Shown piece by piece: positions 18,498 to 28,072 of a DNA stretch of 64,000 nt (position 1 is its first letter; the number at the start of each line of letters is the position of its first letter). A program made the translations under genes and the position numbers. Origin of the DNA: an archaeon (GTDB lineage: Archaea; Asgardarchaeota; Thorarchaeia; Thorarchaeales; Thorarchaeaceae); assembly GCA_024276825.1 (NCBI GenBank), contig JAJRWI010000010.1:96001-160000 (forward strand), read 5' to 3'. The notes beneath the pieces were generated by a model. The model was not told the DNA's origin. It saw only the letters and a program-made list of their open reading frames with translations, and searched no databases.

Positions 18498-19793
18498 ATG
18501 CTAGAAAAGATCCTGACCTTAGAATTCAGAAAGTTAGTCACATCAGTGATTGATGACATAAAGAACTATCATAATCGCGTCACCGAGAAGGAGTTTGAGA
18601 AAGACAAGAGGAGGATCTTAAACGAGCTGTTGACAGAGATTGATGTATATCCGCCAGATATTGTGTTAAATGAGGACTATCTTGTCGCTGCAATAGATGG
18701 TTCTGGTAGCGAGAACTTTTTCCTTCTAGATGATATTAGAGTTCATTTAATCAGCACTGCCACAGTAGTACTCAACACAAACACAAAATTTGGGGACCCT
18801 TTCAGACCAATGAGTAACGATGAGGTTTCAAGGGTTATGGGAAAGGATCAGCCCAATCTTGACTTACTATGGCATTTGGGCGTTCGGGAGGACGCGGCTG
18901 AAAAACTTGCAGAGATGTTTGAACTGCTTTATCCCATCGAGGATATTCCCAGCTTGGTCTTACCATTCTTTCAGGATGTAATTCAAAAAACGATTGACAA
19001 ACTGGAGGATTTGCGGGACACTGAGTTTGGGCAGTATATTGACGAGTTTCATAAAATGGTGACCTTGATATCAAGAGGTAATCTATTAACCACCAGTGCG
19101 GCCCACGATGAGTTGCGAAAAACAGCGGAGTATGCTGCTGCAAAACGGCTTCTAATTAGTGACATCAAGCCCCGCTTTCTACTACTTGATGGTGCTATGA
19201 GTGTATTCATTCATTTTGCCAGACAATATCCCTCGTTGCCAAGTGGATTCATGCTACGAGATATTTGCAAAACAGCTCGTGAGAAGGGTACAATTCTTTG
19301 TGCAGTCAGTAAGAATCACACAATTCCATTTGCTCATAGAATTGCAAAGATGGCAGAAGAAAAATTCGGGAAGAACAAAAAGTGGTTCTGTCTGCTGCCA
19401 TCAAACGATGATCCTGGGGGAGGCCTACACATTTACAGTAATAGGACATATATCCCCCCAAGACTAGCAGTACCCTATTTGTTCAGCTTCTCAGGCGATA
19501 ACCGCCCATCAAGAATCGACTTTGACAGAATATGGTGGTTGGAAAATATCTTTGTTGAGGGTGACCCAGAGTCAACAAGGGAGAATGAGATTGCATTGTT
19601 TCGTGAACTAGAGTTCATGTCAAGAGATGCCAGATGGTATGGATATCCTGTGCCCTTGGCATTGGCTCACACGGAATGCAAGATCAGTTATGAGGACCTG
19701 AGCATTGCTAAAGACATACTGTCAGATGTTCTGCATGAGTCTGACCTAGACCCAAGATTCGCAAAGTCCCTCAGGAGCGATTTTAACATGTAA
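18498..19793 (+). CDS. nurA: NurA 5'-3' nuclease
   Basis: 'AAIDGSG', 'LLLDGA', 'AVSK', 'GYPVPLALAHTECKIS'; first gene of the herA-mre11-rad50 operon. Confidence 0.88.
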   Translation: MLEKILTLEFRKLVTSVIDDIKNYHNRVTEKEFEKDKRRILNELLTEIDVYPPDIVLNEDYLVAAIDGSGSENFFLLDDIRVHLISTATVVLNTNTKFGDPFRPMSNDEVSRVMGKDQPNLDLLWHLGVREDAAEKLAEMFELLYPIEDIPSLVLPFFQDVIQKTIDKLEDLRDTEFGQYIDEFHKMVTLISRGNLLTTSAAHDELRKTAEYAAAKRLLISDIKPRFLLLDGAMSVFIHFARQYPSLPSGFMLRDICKTAREKGTILCAVSKNHTIPFAHRIAKMAEEKFGKNKKWFCLLPSNDDPGGGLHIYSNRTYIPPRLAVPYLFSFSGDNRPSRIDFDRIWWLENIFVEGDPESTRENEIALFRELEFMSRDARWYGYPVPLALAHTECKISYEDLSIAKDILSDVLHESDLDPRFAKSLRSDFNM

Positions 19794-19812
19794 TAGGGAG
19801 GTATGAAGTGAG

Positions 19813-21594
19813 ATGCTTAATAAAGAAAAATTGGGAAGTCTGTTTGGAAGAATAGGAATGGGAGATCAATCCTCATTATGGATTATGGGTAGTAATGAAG
19901 ACATCTGTGTCGGTGAAATATTTGCGATATACTCAAAGCGCGATAACCATGAGAGGGTGTTCTTTTACAGAGTATTGAAACTTCATAATTATCTACGAAG
20001 AGTAGATGATCTCTCGCAAGTTGCTGGCACGCTCATGGTCGAGGGTGATGCATATCTCTCGGGAATCGATAGAAACAAGTTGATTGAACTTGGCGGAAAG
20101 ATGTTGGGCTATGCTGAGCTGGTAGAGAATGAAAAGGGAGAGAGAATATGGAGATTCAAATCACCGAGAAGAATACCAGAACATCTGGCCTTCGTGTACC
20201 GTCCTGTTAAAGGAGAATCGGATGTTATCTATTGTGATATGCTTCATAGTCAGATTGGCGGAGAGATATATATTGGCGACTTTCAGATTGGTGAAGACAC
20301 CCTTGATGTACCTGTCAATATCGAGTCAAAGTTTTTACCTATGCATGTTGGAATATTCGGCTCGACTGGAGCTGGAAAGAGTAATCTCATGATGGTACTC
20401 ATCAAGTCAATGATTGACAATAACCTCAAAGTGATACGGGGCCAGTCGACCAGTAATCTTGTATCAGCATTTTGCATTGACCCCCATGACGAGTTTGCAA
20501 CAGGGGTCGATACATATGGTATTCATGACATCGTGAAGGAGATGGATGAAAACACAAGAAAAGAACTCTTTGGCGAGTTTTATTATTTGACATCTCATCT
20601 GAGTGCAACACCTCGCGAAATCAAGAGATATGCAAAAGAAATCCGAATTCTCTGGAAAGAGATAATTCCACAGGACCTGTACTCCATTATGTCATTCACT
20701 CCTCAAATGTCAGCATTCATTGAAGCAATGTATCATGCTCACGGAGAAGACTGGATTGAAGCAATCATCCAATTGGATGAAAATGATGATTCTGTTGATA
20801 GGTCTAATCTTGGAAGTATGAGGGCAGTCAAGAGAAGACTCAAATTTCTAGAGAACTCTTCAATCTTTGTTGATTCTGGTCAATCAATCTTGCCTGAGAT
20901 ATACTTTGCAATGGAAACTGGCAAGATATTGGTTGTGAACACTAGTCTGATGAGTGACCGCGAGCAGTTTCTCCTCACCACTATTGTAACAAGAACCATC
21001 TCCGATTTAAGACGGGCTGCTAAAAGCAGTGGTCTGATTAGGGATTTTGAAGCTCAATGTCGTGTTAGGCTACCAATATCATTCTACAACAAAATAGAGA
21101 GGAAGGCAAAGGCGTTCTATGGCAAGGGAGGAACAACAAATGAACACGAGGTCAGGGATCCTAGAGACTTGCCAATAGTCATGATCACTGTTGAAGAGGC
21201 ACCATCAATACTCAATCCGACATTGATGGAAGGACAGTCCGTGTTCAAGGACATATCCCGACAGGGAAGAAAGTTCAATATGGGACTCTTAGTGGTGAGC
21301 CAACAGGTCAGTGTTCTTGATAATGTGATACTCAGTCAGATGAACACTGAAATCAACCTAAGACTGGGGAATGAGAGAGAGATTCAGGCATGCATAGACA
21401 ATGCAAGCGTGAACATCTCAGGATTCGAGGACGAGTTTAGAGTCATGAACCGTGGTGAGGCCTTGCTCACAGCATCATATAGGGACATGCCAATTCCTGT
21501 CAGAATACCGCTGTTCGATGATGTCTTCAAGAGAAACCGATCAAACTACAAGAGAATGGCCTCCTCCAGAAAACGAGATAAGCATATCATTTGA
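19813..21594 (+). CDS. herA: HerA bipolar DNA translocase/helicase
   Basis: HAS-barrel N-terminus; 'HVGIFGSTGAGKSN'; 'DPHDEF'; 'ITVEEA'; 'RQGRKFNMGL..VSQ'. Confidence 0.93.
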   Translation: MLNKEKLGSLFGRIGMGDQSSLWIMGSNEDICVGEIFAIYSKRDNHERVFFYRVLKLHNYLRRVDDLSQVAGTLMVEGDAYLSGIDRNKLIELGGKMLGYAELVENEKGERIWRFKSPRRIPEHLAFVYRPVKGESDVIYCDMLHSQIGGEIYIGDFQIGEDTLDVPVNIESKFLPMHVGIFGSTGAGKSNLMMVLIKSMIDNNLKVIRGQSTSNLVSAFCIDPHDEFATGVDTYGIHDIVKEMDENTRKELFGEFYYLTSHLSATPREIKRYAKEIRILWKEIIPQDLYSIMSFTPQMSAFIEAMYHAHGEDWIEAIIQLDENDDSVDRSNLGSMRAVKRRLKFLENSSIFVDSGQSILPEIYFAMETGKILVVNTSLMSDREQFLLTTIVTRTISDLRRAAKSSGLIRDFEAQCRVRLPISFYNKIERKAKAFYGKGGTTNEHEVRDPRDLPIVMITVEEAPSILNPTLMEGQSVFKDISRQGRKFNMGLLVVSQQVSVLDNVILSQMNTEINLRLGNEREIQACIDNASVNISGFEDEFRVMNRGEALLTASYRDMPIPVRIPLFDDVFKRNRSNYKRMASSRKRDKHII

Positions 21595-21604
21595 GGTAGT
21601 GGTC

Positions 21605-22906
21605 ATGGTCAGAATCGCACACCTGTCAGACACACACCTTGGAACAAGAATTAGAGAGGGTGTGAAACAGCAGGTATGGGCAAAGGAGATGCAAATTCTC
21701 CTGTTGGAAAATGACTTCTACGAGCGGTTCATCGAGATCTTCGAGAGGATCAGGGCTCTTGACCCACCCGTTGATGTGGTGATTCATTCGGGAGACCTCT
21801 ATGACTCGCCCACCCCGCAGAACCCCTCACAGCCCCCTGTAAAGGCACAGGAGATTGCCACTGAAACGCTGAAGAGTTTCACAGAGGAAACAGGAATCCC
21901 AGTAATTATCATTGAAGGGAACCACGGACTATATAGACAGTTGAATGTTTCACTACTAGATGTCTTGAGAGTTTCAGTGCCGGAACTAAAGGTTGCAACA
22001 CAAGTGGACTTGAAGCAGGCAATTGTTAATGATGATCCTCTCAAGTTCGAGTTTGAAGACTTCGAGGTCTTTTGCTACCCATATATCAGCCCAGAGATTC
22101 TGGAGGCTGGAGACCTCAAGCAGAGATTTGATGAGTGGGCCACGACAAGACAAGCCCCAAGTAATGATATTCCTTCTATCGCAGTGGCTCATGGAATGCC
22201 ATTGGACAATACACTCTATCCTGTGATAGAGAATATCAATTATGACTACATTGCCCTTGGACATGATCATAGGCAGCAGAGATACAAGCGTAATGCATGG
22301 TATGCAGGGTCACCAGAGCGATGGAGGTTTGATGAGGTCAACCTGAAAAAGGGCTTCCTCGTAGTTGATATTGAAAGTGGGAAGGAACCATATATCACTC
22401 AAGAACTTATTGAGTTTCAAAGGCCCGTATACAATGAGAAAATTAAGATTGAATCAGATGACACGGTTGAATCACTGATTCAAAGAATTGAAGCCTGGCT
22501 CGATAAAAAGGGCATGAGGAGCAAGTGGGACCCAGAAACTGCCGCGCGGGTAAGAATCACCTTTGAGGGCGCATCATCAAGGATAATGGGACTGGATCTC
22601 AACGTTGCCCTTGAAACCCTGCGGTCCAATTTGCTAGGCAAAGAGTCAGAATATAATATTGTTCAATTCACATGGCCGCCTAGGAGCACTGCCATAGAGT
22701 TTTCACCATCCGCCTACGAAGAGATAACATCCGAGTATTTGATTGATGATCCCGAAGGGGACTTCAGGGAGTTTCTGGAGGCATGGAAGCCCGAGGGAGA
22801 GTATGATCCAGAAATTCTGATTAAGATCGCTGCAAGGGCCTTAGAGATTGCATCCCGGGCGAAGGGAGAGAGAATGACTGTCGAGGATTTGGAGGGTGAG
22901 AGATGA
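21605..22906 (+). CDS. mre11: Mre11/SbcD double-strand break repair nuclease
   Basis: Phosphoesterase motifs SDTHLG, GDLYD, GNH, AHG, LGHDH and 'YAGSPE'. Start at ATG 21605 after GAGGT; the track start 21452 overlaps herA. Confidence 0.93.
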   Translation: MVRIAHLSDTHLGTRIREGVKQQVWAKEMQILLLENDFYERFIEIFERIRALDPPVDVVIHSGDLYDSPTPQNPSQPPVKAQEIATETLKSFTEETGIPVIIIEGNHGLYRQLNVSLLDVLRVSVPELKVATQVDLKQAIVNDDPLKFEFEDFEVFCYPYISPEILEAGDLKQRFDEWATTRQAPSNDIPSIAVAHGMPLDNTLYPVIENINYDYIALGHDHRQQRYKRNAWYAGSPERWRFDEVNLKKGFLVVDIESGKEPYITQELIEFQRPVYNEKIKIESDDTVESLIQRIEAWLDKKGMRSKWDPETAARVRITFEGASSRIMGLDLNVALETLRSNLLGKESEYNIVQFTWPPRSTAIEFSPSAYEEITSEYLIDDPEGDFREFLEAWKPEGEYDPEILIKIAARALEIASRAKGERMTVEDLEGER

Positions 22907-24999
22907 AGATACTAAGAATCGAGGCGGACAATTTCAAACCATTCAAGCAAATTACAATTCCTGAAGACCCAGACATGGAGATTCCAGAGGGTCTGATCCT
23001 GATTCGAGGGCCTAACTCGACAGGCAAATCATCGCTCTTTGAAGCAATATTATGGTGCCTATGGGGTCCCGATGCGATACTGCCAACAAATGATGACCTG
23101 ATCAATTTCTCATCCACATTCTGCAAAGTCAGTGTTGTCTTTGAAATAGAGGGGACCAAGTACAAAGTTGAGAGAACTTACGACAGAGCAGATGGAATGA
23201 AGGTGTTCATGTTCTACAAGACAGATGAAGGGTGGCACCGACTGGCTCACAAAGCGAATGAGGTCAAGAGCAAAATGAAGGAGATATTAAACCTCGACTA
23301 TAAGCAGGCTCTTGAAACCGTTCTAGTAAGGCAGGGAGAAGTTTCAAAGATAGCAGATGCAAGACCTGCAGAACTGCGAAAGCTGCTTGGTGATGTGTAT
23401 AATCTTGAAATAATCAGAAACATGACGGCACAGCTCTCATATCTTGAGTCAGACCTGAGCGCCAGAATTGAGAGACTTCAGAACCAGTACGAGTCACCAG
23501 ACAGCATCAATCAGAACATTGAGGGTCTTAAAGAAGAAATCAAAGAGAGAAAGGCGGACCTCAAACAGATTAAGAATGAAATGACTGGCCTAAAAAAGAG
23601 GCTAAAGACTCTTCCAAAATTGGACGAGATTAGAGAACTGGAAGAGGCAATCGAGTTGATGGAGAGATTAAGATATGATCTGGAAAAGGCGAAGGAGGAC
23701 AGAGACACATATCTTGCCGAGGCAGGAGTTGCAGTTGCTAGTGAAGAAGTGATTGAGAGAAAGCTTGCAAGCCTCTCAAAAAGAAAGGAGAAGATTGAGA
23801 GAGAAAACGAGGAGATTCGCCAGAAGATAAGAGATATTGACCAAGAGATTGGTGGTATCAAAGGACAGAGGAAAGACCTTGAAACCAAAATACGAAATCT
23901 CCAGAATATCAACATTTCTGATGATGAGGGCAAAGCAGAGTGTCCAACCTGCTCTAAGCCCCTCACAATAGAGGAGAGAGATGCAATAATTGAAGACTAT
24001 AAAGGGATTATTATTGGTGGGAGAGAGAGAGAGAAACAACTGATCAAGAAACGTGATGATTACAGGAAAAAGATGATTCAGAATGACAAGGAAATCAAGA
24101 TAATAGAGGGTGCCATTCAGGCCCTGGGAAGAATTGCATCAAGACAAGCATCAGTTGACAAGATTGCCAAGGAGTTACAGAGTGCAAAAGACCGCCTTGA
24201 TCGAGTACTTGGTTCTCTAAAAGCGAAGAGCAGGGAAGATCTCTTGGCCAAATATCAGGTGCAAAGTATTCGTGAGATTGAGAAAGAGATTGCAAGTATT
24301 AATGCAACCTTATCAACACAAAGTCAGCGTTTGCAGGACATTCAAGAGGAAATTGACAGTAGGCGTGCAAAGATTGATGAACTTGAGAAAAGGATTGCAA
24401 AAATGATTGCATTGAAGGCTGAAAAGGATGAATTAACAAAACTTCTCAAGCACACCAATTATTTGCGATTGAAGCTTGTGAGCGGATTCATTGCTGATTA
24501 TGTTGTTCAAAAGAGGCTTATCGGAATTATTCGTGGTGCCACAAACGAGTATGTCAAGGCATTTACCAATGGGCAATACTCATCTATTGATCTTATTGCA
24601 AAGGGTTCTGGAAAAAGCATGGGACTTGTATTGCAGGTGCGGGACAAGCGCGATTCAGCAACCAAGAGGTCATCCCAGTTGAGCTTTGGTGATAGAACTG
24701 CCATCAGTCTTGCCCTACGTCTCGGAATAAGCAGGACAATGAGCAGCATTCGACCTCTGAAAGACAGTCCTGCTGTGTCGCCAAAGGTGAGGTGTGTCCT
24801 ACTTGACGAACCGCTTGCGGGCCTTGACCGCGATCGCAGAAAATCAGTTGTTCAGAACCTCATGAATGATGTTGCCTTTAGGCAAATCTATCTTATCACT
24901 CACACTGATGTTCAGGACTGGCAGGGGGTGTCGGTAATTGACATTCATAAGAGTGGAAACTTTAGCACTGTGACGTTGAGAACAAATGGACCCGAATAA
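22903..24999 (+). CDS. rad50: Rad50/SbcC SMC-like ATPase
   Basis: Walker A GPNSTGKSS, Q-loop 'VRQGE', coiled coils, Zn hook CPTC, signature LSFGD, Walker B LLDEP, ITH. Confidence 0.93.
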   Translation: MKILRIEADNFKPFKQITIPEDPDMEIPEGLILIRGPNSTGKSSLFEAILWCLWGPDAILPTNDDLINFSSTFCKVSVVFEIEGTKYKVERTYDRADGMKVFMFYKTDEGWHRLAHKANEVKSKMKEILNLDYKQALETVLVRQGEVSKIADARPAELRKLLGDVYNLEIIRNMTAQLSYLESDLSARIERLQNQYESPDSINQNIEGLKEEIKERKADLKQIKNEMTGLKKRLKTLPKLDEIRELEEAIELMERLRYDLEKAKEDRDTYLAEAGVAVASEEVIERKLASLSKRKEKIERENEEIRQKIRDIDQEIGGIKGQRKDLETKIRNLQNINISDDEGKAECPTCSKPLTIEERDAIIEDYKGIIIGGREREKQLIKKRDDYRKKMIQNDKEIKIIEGAIQALGRIASRQASVDKIAKELQSAKDRLDRVLGSLKAKSREDLLAKYQVQSIREIEKEIASINATLSTQSQRLQDIQEEIDSRRAKIDELEKRIAKMIALKAEKDELTKLLKHTNYLRLKLVSGFIADYVVQKRLIGIIRGATNEYVKAFTNGQYSSIDLIAKGSGKSMGLVLQVRDKRDSATKRSSQLSFGDRTAISLALRLGISRTMSSIRPLKDSPAVSPKVRCVLLDEPLAGLDRDRRKSVVQNLMNDVAFRQIYLITHTDVQDWQGVSVIDIHKSGNFSTVTLRTNGPE

Positions 25000-25042
25000 A
25001 AAACTTCAGTCAGGACTAGAAACATAATACTAATGAGTGTGA

Positions 25043-26593
25043 GTGATTTGCCCTTCATCTATGACTGTTAGGGACTTGATGAACAAGGCAAAGATCATTC
25101 TTGTTGAGAACATTGTGTTCATCATCGTCCTCATCATTGGTCTGATTGTTTGGAACTATGTATGGAACTTGGCTGTTGTGGATTATCTTGATTCAGGCTT
25201 TTGGAATTCAAGGCATGTCTGGTTGGGTCCGGGTGTGGATCCCGGGCAGTTCACATTATTTGGGCTCACGATCGAGTATCAGTTCGAGGGATATTCGGAC
25301 TATAGCTTCTTCTATGTTCACTGGGGCTACAACATTCTTTACGGAGTGCTACCATACACACCTGAGTTTGGATATCTGTCCATGGATGGTATTGTGAATC
25401 AGAATGGGGTTTACTTATTCCCACCATTGACCGCCCTGTTATATGGCCTTGGAATATTGATATCCCCTGACAACACTGGTATTGGCCTTTTGTTTACGGT
25501 CTTTGGATATTTGACAGTGTTTCCGGTCTATGGAATTGCAAGGCATCTTTCTAACAACAGGCGGTATGGGGAGGCTGCAGCCTTGACATACATATTAAAT
25601 CCGATGATGTTGTACTATATTGCGTTCCTGTGGATGAACCCCGCCCCATTCATATTCTTCATTTTCAGTGGCATTTACATGTTAATGAGAGGTAGAAGGC
25701 ATACAGGCACTTTGCTAATCGTGATTGCCGCATTATTCAAACAAATGGCATGGTTCGTAGGTCTCCCGCTGATCGTCTATCTGTTGCTCAAGCCAAGAGA
25801 TAGCTCTGAGAGGAATACAAAAGAGAAGGGCTTGCTGATTAGACTTCTTGGATACTTTGACTTCAAAGGGTTCTTTGGAAGTGTCATACTAGTGGTCCTA
25901 TTTGTCGCTGCGATTGCATTGCCATTCTTCCTCTTTCAACCTCACATGATACAGTTCATGTCCCTTGCTGCTGGAGGCTTTGCTCTTGAATCACCCACAG
26001 AACCACCAGGCTACGCCAGTCCCATGCGTCTTCAAATCCTGCCTGTGGTGGCAGGATTGCCGGATCTTGCAATATTGCTGGACTATCTCGTGTTCTACAG
26101 TGTTCTATTATGGTTTGGTGTGACCCTCATTGTTGGACTCTACGCGATAATTCCAAAACACGAGAACCGAATGTATTTCAGACGGTTCATGCTGATAGTC
26201 TTGGTGCTGTTGCTCTGGGTGCATATCACAGGTCCTCGGGGAGTTTACAAGTATTACTTCACCCTGTTTGCGCCGTTCTTTTCAATTCTCGCGACACCCG
26301 CCATAATTCGCAGCAGTAATGAAACATTGAGATTATCGCCCATAGCGTTCGTGACTCCATTTTTCTTCAGTGCGATGATAATGGTTCCGCCAAGACTTGT
26401 CTATCTTGCGAACGTAATTTTCATCCTCATAATCTATGTATTGATAGCAACTGTCAAGAAACCCAAATCGGAAGGGAGAGAGATAGAAATGGATGCTAGT
26501 ACGGCGGATGACTTGAGAGTTCTGAATAGGATTAGAACAAGATTCTTCACTTTGATGACACGACCGAGTCTAAGTAAAGGGAGAGGAAAGTGA
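25043..26593 (+). CDS. GT-C fold polytopic glycosyltransferase (GT87/PIG-M-like), paralog 1
   Basis: About 11 TM; extracytoplasmic 'EGYSDYSFFY', 'PY', 'YLFPPL', 'LNP', 'FKQ', 'PRGVYKYY'. Confidence 0.7.
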   Translation: MICPSSMTVRDLMNKAKIILVENIVFIIVLIIGLIVWNYVWNLAVVDYLDSGFWNSRHVWLGPGVDPGQFTLFGLTIEYQFEGYSDYSFFYVHWGYNILYGVLPYTPEFGYLSMDGIVNQNGVYLFPPLTALLYGLGILISPDNTGIGLLFTVFGYLTVFPVYGIARHLSNNRRYGEAAALTYILNPMMLYYIAFLWMNPAPFIFFIFSGIYMLMRGRRHTGTLLIVIAALFKQMAWFVGLPLIVYLLLKPRDSSERNTKEKGLLIRLLGYFDFKGFFGSVILVVLFVAAIALPFFLFQPHMIQFMSLAAGGFALESPTEPPGYASPMRLQILPVVAGLPDLAILLDYLVFYSVLLWFGVTLIVGLYAIIPKHENRMYFRRFMLIVLVLLLWVHITGPRGVYKYYFTLFAPFFSILATPAIIRSSNETLRLSPIAFVTPFFFSAMIMVPPRLVYLANVIFILIIYVLIATVKKPKSEGREIEMDASTADDLRVLNRIRTRFFTLMTRPSLSKGRGK

Positions 26594-26599
26594 GCCTGA

Positions 26600-28072
26600 G
26601 TGTCCAATTGGTCGCTTATTTGCAAGAGGACCATTTCTGAAACATTGCGTAAACATGTATATTTCTTGATAGTCCTAGTCTTTGCATCTATCGTATGGAG
26701 CATAGTGTTTCATATTGCAGCCATCGAGTTCATGATGGGGATCAGGCCATTCAGAGCATCATGGACAGGGGTTGGTCAGTTCAATCTCTTTGGATATACA
26801 ATAGATTACTATTTTGAAGGTTGGGCAGACCATGATTATTATTATGTGACATGGGGTCAACAGTTTCTGCAGGGATATGTACCGTATACGACAGGATTTG
26901 ACCACTCTGTAATCAATGGTACAGAGTACTTTACACCATACTTCTTTCCACCCCTGTTTGTGTATTTATGCGCCGTTGGTGAGTTAATATCACCAGTGGG
27001 AATTGGACTGCTAATCACAGTATTTGGATTTCTCACTGCATTTCCAATTTATGGAATAGCAAGCATACTATCAAAACGTAGAGATATTGGGGCAATATCG
27101 GCTGCAACATACCTCTTCAATCCACTGGTCCTCTATCATACCGTGTTTCAATGGCTCAACCCAGCCCCATTTGTATTCTTCATATTCCTTGCATTTTATC
27201 TAATATTTAGAGGGAATAGGCTATCAGGAGCCTTAGTAATGGTCACTGCAGCACTCTTTAAGCAGACAGCGCTATTCATGGCCTTCCCACTTATTGCGAT
27301 TCTAATTAGGGTGAATCTGAAAGAGAGAGAAATTGAACCAGAAACAGTGAGTGAGAAAGATGAAAGGCCTGCAAGTGATAGGATTGACCTCTGGGGATTT
27401 GCAAAGACAAGTCTAGCAGTGATCATCTATGCACTTGCAATCTCAAGCCCATATCTTATCAATCTTGGAAAATACATATCTTCAATCTTTATGCGAATCG
27501 GCGTTGTTGACATTCAAGACTTTACAACAACTCCACCAATCTACAGACCGATTACATTCGCAGTTCCTTTTATTGCATTGGGCTTTCCTGAATGGCTAAC
27601 AAGAACTCTTAATTTCCTCACAGTATCATCCATTGGACTGATTGGGGGTATTCTTCTACTTTTTATCTTAATGTTGTTTGAGATCAAAGATGACAGAAAC
27701 ATCAATGGCTACTGGAGAAAGATGCTGTTTCTGACATTGCTGATGATGCTCTGGTTTCACCTCTGGTCCCCAAGGGGAATTTACAAGTACTATTGCATTT
27801 TGCTAATCCCCTTCTTTTCAATTTTGTCGACATCTAGAATGTGTCAAAAAGAGTGGTTAGACATCAGATTCTCAATAATTATGGTGATTTCACCGATTGT
27901 CTTTGGACTAATGATTCTGGTCCCAGACAGAAATATCTACTTATTGTATGTCTTGATGATATTCCTATTCTATGTGGCTCATACAGGATTGGGAATGATA
28001 TATGGCCGCATAACTTGTAGGTTCAGGTTCCCTAATCTTAGGAGAAGAGTCACTCAGCAGTCAGTTCCTTGA
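26600..28072 (+). CDS. GT-C fold polytopic glycosyltransferase (GT87/PIG-M-like), paralog 2
   Basis: Same motif order as the upstream gene: 'EGWADHDYYY', 'YFFPPL', 'FNP', 'WLNPAPF', 'FKQ', 'PRGIYKYY'. Confidence 0.7.
   Translation: MSNWSLICKRTISETLRKHVYFLIVLVFASIVWSIVFHIAAIEFMMGIRPFRASWTGVGQFNLFGYTIDYYFEGWADHDYYYVTWGQQFLQGYVPYTTGFDHSVINGTEYFTPYFFPPLFVYLCAVGELISPVGIGLLITVFGFLTAFPIYGIASILSKRRDIGAISAATYLFNPLVLYHTVFQWLNPAPFVFFIFLAFYLIFRGNRLSGALVMVTAALFKQTALFMAFPLIAILIRVNLKEREIEPETVSEKDERPASDRIDLWGFAKTSLAVIIYALAISSPYLINLGKYISSIFMRIGVVDIQDFTTTPPIYRPITFAVPFIALGFPEWLTRTLNFLTVSSIGLIGGILLLFILMLFEIKDDRNINGYWRKMLFLTLLMMLWFHLWSPRGIYKYYCILLIPFFSILSTSRMCQKEWLDIRFSIIMVISPIVFGLMILVPDRNIYLLYVLMIFLFYVAHTGLGMIYGRITCRFRFPNLRRRVTQQSVP

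Noticed and set aside
18498-21594. nurA-herA as a stand-alone anti-viral defence system
   Set aside because: It is directly followed by mre11 and rad50, the canonical archaeal end-resection set.
21452-21604. Extended N-terminus of Mre11 in the ORF track
   Set aside because: It overlaps herA by more than 140 bp; motif I begins right after ATG 21605, which has an RBS.
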